IMG/VR virus record: IMGVR_UViG_3300032295_003689
Location: 1-35,488 of that record
Source of the DNA: a virus
Lineage: Duplodnaviria > Caudoviricetes
Reading direction: 5' to 3' (one strand)
DNA length: 35,488 nt
The translations under genes were made by a program, and so were the position numbers. Below the pieces are notes generated by a model. It did not search any database. It was given only the letters and a program-made list of their open reading frames with translations, and had not been told where the DNA came from. This document shows positions 32,890 through 35,488 of this stretch, piece after piece; positions within the stretch are counted from its first letter, which is position 1, and the number at the start of each line of letters is the position of its first letter.

Positions 32890-34692
32890 TTAGCTGACAA
32901 TCCCCGCGGCCCGCATGGCTTGGAAATCGACGCAGCCGTATTTGGAGCAATCGCCGAAGTGGTCGCGGGGGACTTTTTGCCAGTCGCCGTGGTCGTCGCG
33001 TTTTTGGCCGGTGTGGCCGAGTTTGAGTTCGGGATCGGCATCGGCGGGGAGCCAGAATCCGCCGTCTTTGCCGTTCATGAAGCGATTCGCATAGAGCATG
33101 TTTTTGATCTCGGTGTCATTGAAGACGAGGAGTTTCATGCTCGGGCGGGTGGCGACGCGGGTTTCGTGGAGCTGGCCGTGTTTGGCGTCGGAGCCTTTGA
33201 CTGGGAGGAAGAAGTTGTTGGAGGCGGCGCAGACATCGAGCTGATCGTCTTGCTGCCAGCCGGTGTCGATGTAGCCGCGCTGAGCCCACATTTTTTCGCC
33301 GGTGCCGTCGATGGTGATGTGACGGGCGCGGAGGAAGTCTTTGGCGAGGAGGTCTTTGGTGGAGACGACGGTGCCCCAATCACAGACCCAGATGCCGCCA
33401 TCGCGGGCGACGGCGACGAGTTCCCAGTGGGAGGTGGCTTCGCCGGGGTCGCAATTCAGGAGGAGTGAGAGGGGCTTGAAGGGCAGGGTGCCGCGGCGGT
33501 AGAGGGGGCGGCCTTCTTTGCCATCGCACACTCGTTTGTTGATGTGCTCCATTTTGACCTGGACGGAGTATTCGGTCCACGGGCGGGCGAGGCGGCTGTT
33601 GTAGTAGTCCTGCAGGCCGAAGAAGTCGCGGAGGGAGTCGAGGAAGGCCCATGACATGCCGCCGAAGGTCATGGTGGGGGAGTAAAAGGAGGGGATGATG
33701 AAGGAGCGGCGGTTGGCGGCGGCGTTGGCGTTGTGGCGCTTTTCTTCGCAGGCGTCGATCATGGCCTGCTTGTGGGTCTCGCGGATCTCGCAGCCGTTGT
33801 GTGGGCAGATGTAGCGGGTGGTTTCTTTGACGCGGCTTTCATTCCACTGGCCGGCGGAGTCGCGGGCTTCTTGGTCCCAAGTGAGCGATTTGTAGTCGGA
33901 GGCGATCTGGATGCCGGTTTCGGTGCGGTATTCTTCGACGTCCTCGGGGCGGCCGATGAAGTCCATGTAGAACCATTGGCCGCAGTGCGGGCAGGGGACG
34001 TGGAAGCGGGTCTGGTCGCCGGCGAGGATGTAGTGCCAGAAGGGATGGTGGGGTGAATTCGGCGTGGAGCTGCGATAGTGGAAGGCGAGGGCGCCGAAGC
34101 CGTCGGTGCGTTTCGCGGCGAGGAGGAAGGGATGGGCCTCGGGGGCCTGATCGCTGCCCTGGTGGATGAGCTTCGAGGCTTCGTCGATGGCAACGATGCC
34201 ATACGATCCGCCGGAGAGGGCACCGGGGGAATTGCCGCCGACGAGGTTGAGCGTGCCGCCACTCATGTCCATGGACATGGAGCGGAACATATCGGAGTCT
34301 CGCGGCTTTTCGGCGGCGAGGACGGGGTTTTCGTTGATGAGGGGATCGAGGCGCTTTTCGCTGATTTCCACCTTGGTCCAGTCTTTGGACGAGCCGACGA
34401 TGAGGGCGGGCATGGGCGAATTGCAGATGCGATACGCGATGCCGAGGACGAGCATGGTGGTCTTCGCGATCTGCACGCCGGCGGAGACGCCGCAGTCGTT
34501 GACGCCGCTGTCGGGGTTCCAGCATTCGAGGATGGGACGCTGAAACGGGCGGAGGGCGGTGCGGAATGGCCCGGCGGAGTTCGGTGCCATTTTGGCGGGG
34601 AGGGTGATGTTTGCCTCCAGCCAGGGGACGACGGCAGTGCGAGGGGTGAGCTCGAAGAGGCGGAGGATTTCGAGCTCGGCATCGCGGCTCAT
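32890..34692 (-). CDS. Terminase large subunit (lambda GpA family)
   Basis: SAGVQIAKTT Walker A, VAIDEASK Walker B, SSTP, GDQTRFHVPCPHCG, CPHNGC; nuclease acidic motifs CDPG, YIDTG, DHFGDC. Confidence 0.92.
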   Translation of the reverse strand: MSRDAELEILRLFELTPRTAVVPWLEANITLPAKMAPNSAGPFRTALRPFQRPILECWNPDSGVNDCGVSAGVQIAKTTMLVLGIAYRICNSPMPALIVGSSKDWTKVEISEKRLDPLINENPVLAAEKPRDSDMFRSMSMDMSGGTLNLVGGNSPGALSGGSYGIVAIDEASKLIHQGSDQAPEAHPFLLAAKRTDGFGALAFHYRSSTPNSPHHPFWHYILAGDQTRFHVPCPHCGQWFYMDFIGRPEDVEEYRTETGIQIASDYKSLTWDQEARDSAGQWNESRVKETTRYICPHNGCEIRETHKQAMIDACEEKRHNANAAANRRSFIIPSFYSPTMTFGGMSWAFLDSLRDFFGLQDYYNSRLARPWTEYSVQVKMEHINKRVCDGKEGRPLYRRGTLPFKPLSLLLNCDPGEATSHWELVAVARDGGIWVCDWGTVVSTKDLLAKDFLRARHITIDGTGEKMWAQRGYIDTGWQQDDQLDVCAASNNFFLPVKGSDAKHGQLHETRVATRPSMKLLVFNDTEIKNMLYANRFMNGKDGGFWLPADADPELKLGHTGQKRDDHGDWQKVPRDHFGDCSKYGCVDFQAMRAAGIVS

Positions 34693-35372
34693 GCGGCGAG
34701 ACCTCCATCCAGCTCAGCGATGACCGATGCCACAGCCGGGTTCCACTTTCGCTCTTTCCAGTCGCCGATGGCTTTGCGGGCGAAGAGGGGATCGTCAGGG
34801 TTGGCGGTCTGGGCGAGTTCGCCTTCGAGTGAGACGAGGAGGGCGACGACTTTTTGAAGCGCGGCTTTGGCGGACTGCCAGGCTCCCATGGGCTTGAGGC
34901 GGCCGGCTTCAATGTCGGCTTTGACGCGTTTGTCGCGGGCGAAGTGGTAGGACTTCAGCATGGTCGCCGCCAGATTGACGAAGCCGAGGGCGGCCATGGG
35001 ATCGCCGCGACCGAGTGCGGCCTGCCTCTGAGCGTGGGCTTCGCAGAGACCGAGCCACGCTTCACACTCCGCATACTGCTCCGGGGTCCATCGATCGCGA
35101 GGAATGGACATCGCAGGCGGGGCGATGTGGACTTCGTCGGAGATGTCGCTGGCAGGCGAGGTGGATTCGCCGCCGCGGATGACCTGCATGAGTGCCTGCT
35201 TTTGGGGCGGGGAGGGTTTGTCGGCTTTGAGGGCCTGGACACCCATCCGAGCAACAAAGGCGAGGTAATCGTCATTCTGCTTCTGCGCATGGTATTGAGC
35301 TGTCCGCAGCGGGATTCCTTTCTCCGCCGAATACAGCTTCACCAGACCTGCCTGAGCGTGCGACCGTTTCAC
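34689..35372 (-). CDS. Terminase small subunit (Nu1-like position)
   Basis: ATGA overlap with TerL; N-terminal HTH-like region, helical C-terminus. Confidence 0.65.
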   Translation of the reverse strand: MKRSHAQAGLVKLYSAEKGIPLRTAQYHAQKQNDDYLAFVARMGVQALKADKPSPPQKQALMQVIRGGESTSPASDISDEVHIAPPAMSIPRDRWTPEQYAECEAWLGLCEAHAQRQAALGRGDPMAALGFVNLAATMLKSYHFARDKRVKADIEAGRLKPMGAWQSAKAALQKVVALLVSLEGELAQTANPDDPLFARKAIGDWKERKWNPAVASVIAELDGGLAA

Positions 35373-35392
35373 ATTGCGGAAACCGTGTCAAA

Positions 35393-35454
35393 GCGCAACA
35401 AACCGCCACAGAGCGCAAACCTTGCGCAGCCGCATTGCGCAAGGGTTTTTGCGC
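35393..35454. repeat. GCGCAA/TTGCGC repeat cluster between the terminal repeat and terS (cosB-like)
   Basis: Copies at 35393, 35413, 35422, 35435, 35449; includes the inverted repeat CCTTGCGCA...TGCGCAAGG. Confidence 0.5.
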
Positions 35455-35476
35455 CTCCACTCGCCCACAGCAAAGG

Positions 35477-35488
35477 AGACGTTAAACC
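35477..35488 (+). repeat. Right copy of the 12-nt terminal direct repeat
   Basis: Identical to 1-12. Confidence 0.85.

Larger units (their letters stand above)
1..35488. mobile_element. Complete temperate tailed phage genome (siphovirus-like), excised/virion configuration
   Basis: Packaging, head, tail, lysis, integration, immunity and replication modules all present; attP is internal and intact; identical 12-mer at both ends; no host genes seen. Confidence 0.93.

Noticed and set aside
13680-34857. Long plus-strand ORFs over the late region (e.g. 19036-20649, 28013-29299, 30530-32230)
   Set aside because: Antisense mirror frames of real structural genes; no motifs

Overview
The window looks like a complete ~35.5-kb temperate tailed (siphovirus-like) phage genome. 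The same 12 nt (AGACGTTAAACC) occurs at both ends, about 105 nt upstream of the small terminase, where a lambda-type cos would lie. Nearly all genes are on the minus strand. Late block, right to left: TerS, GpA-type TerL, gpW-like protein, lambda-type portal, ClpP protease/scaffold, P22-like coat, neck and tail genes, a G/GT-type frameshifted chaperone, tape measure, tail tip and fibre, lysis genes. Next come attP (core matches a tmRNA/tRNA-Ala 3' end) and a tyrosine integrase, a plus-strand immunity operon, and an early/replication block (ParB-like protein, SNF2-type helicase fused to a DNA methyltransferase, primase, P-loop helicase). A Verrucomicrobia/PVC-type host is only a guess from the style of repeats and integrase. 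The most unusual signals: (1) a TTGACA(C) motif 13-17 nt before late start codons with no -10 box or Shine-Dalgarno; (2) a 61-aa protein in the cro position that is paralogous to the repressor's second domain, suggesting a SinI/SinR-like switch; (3) a sharp G/C strand-skew inversion at attP although gene orientation does not change; (4) a tail-fibre-like protein with a Sec-type signal peptide; (5) unusual lysis-region membrane proteins. All calls come from reading the sequence by eye; no database searches were run.
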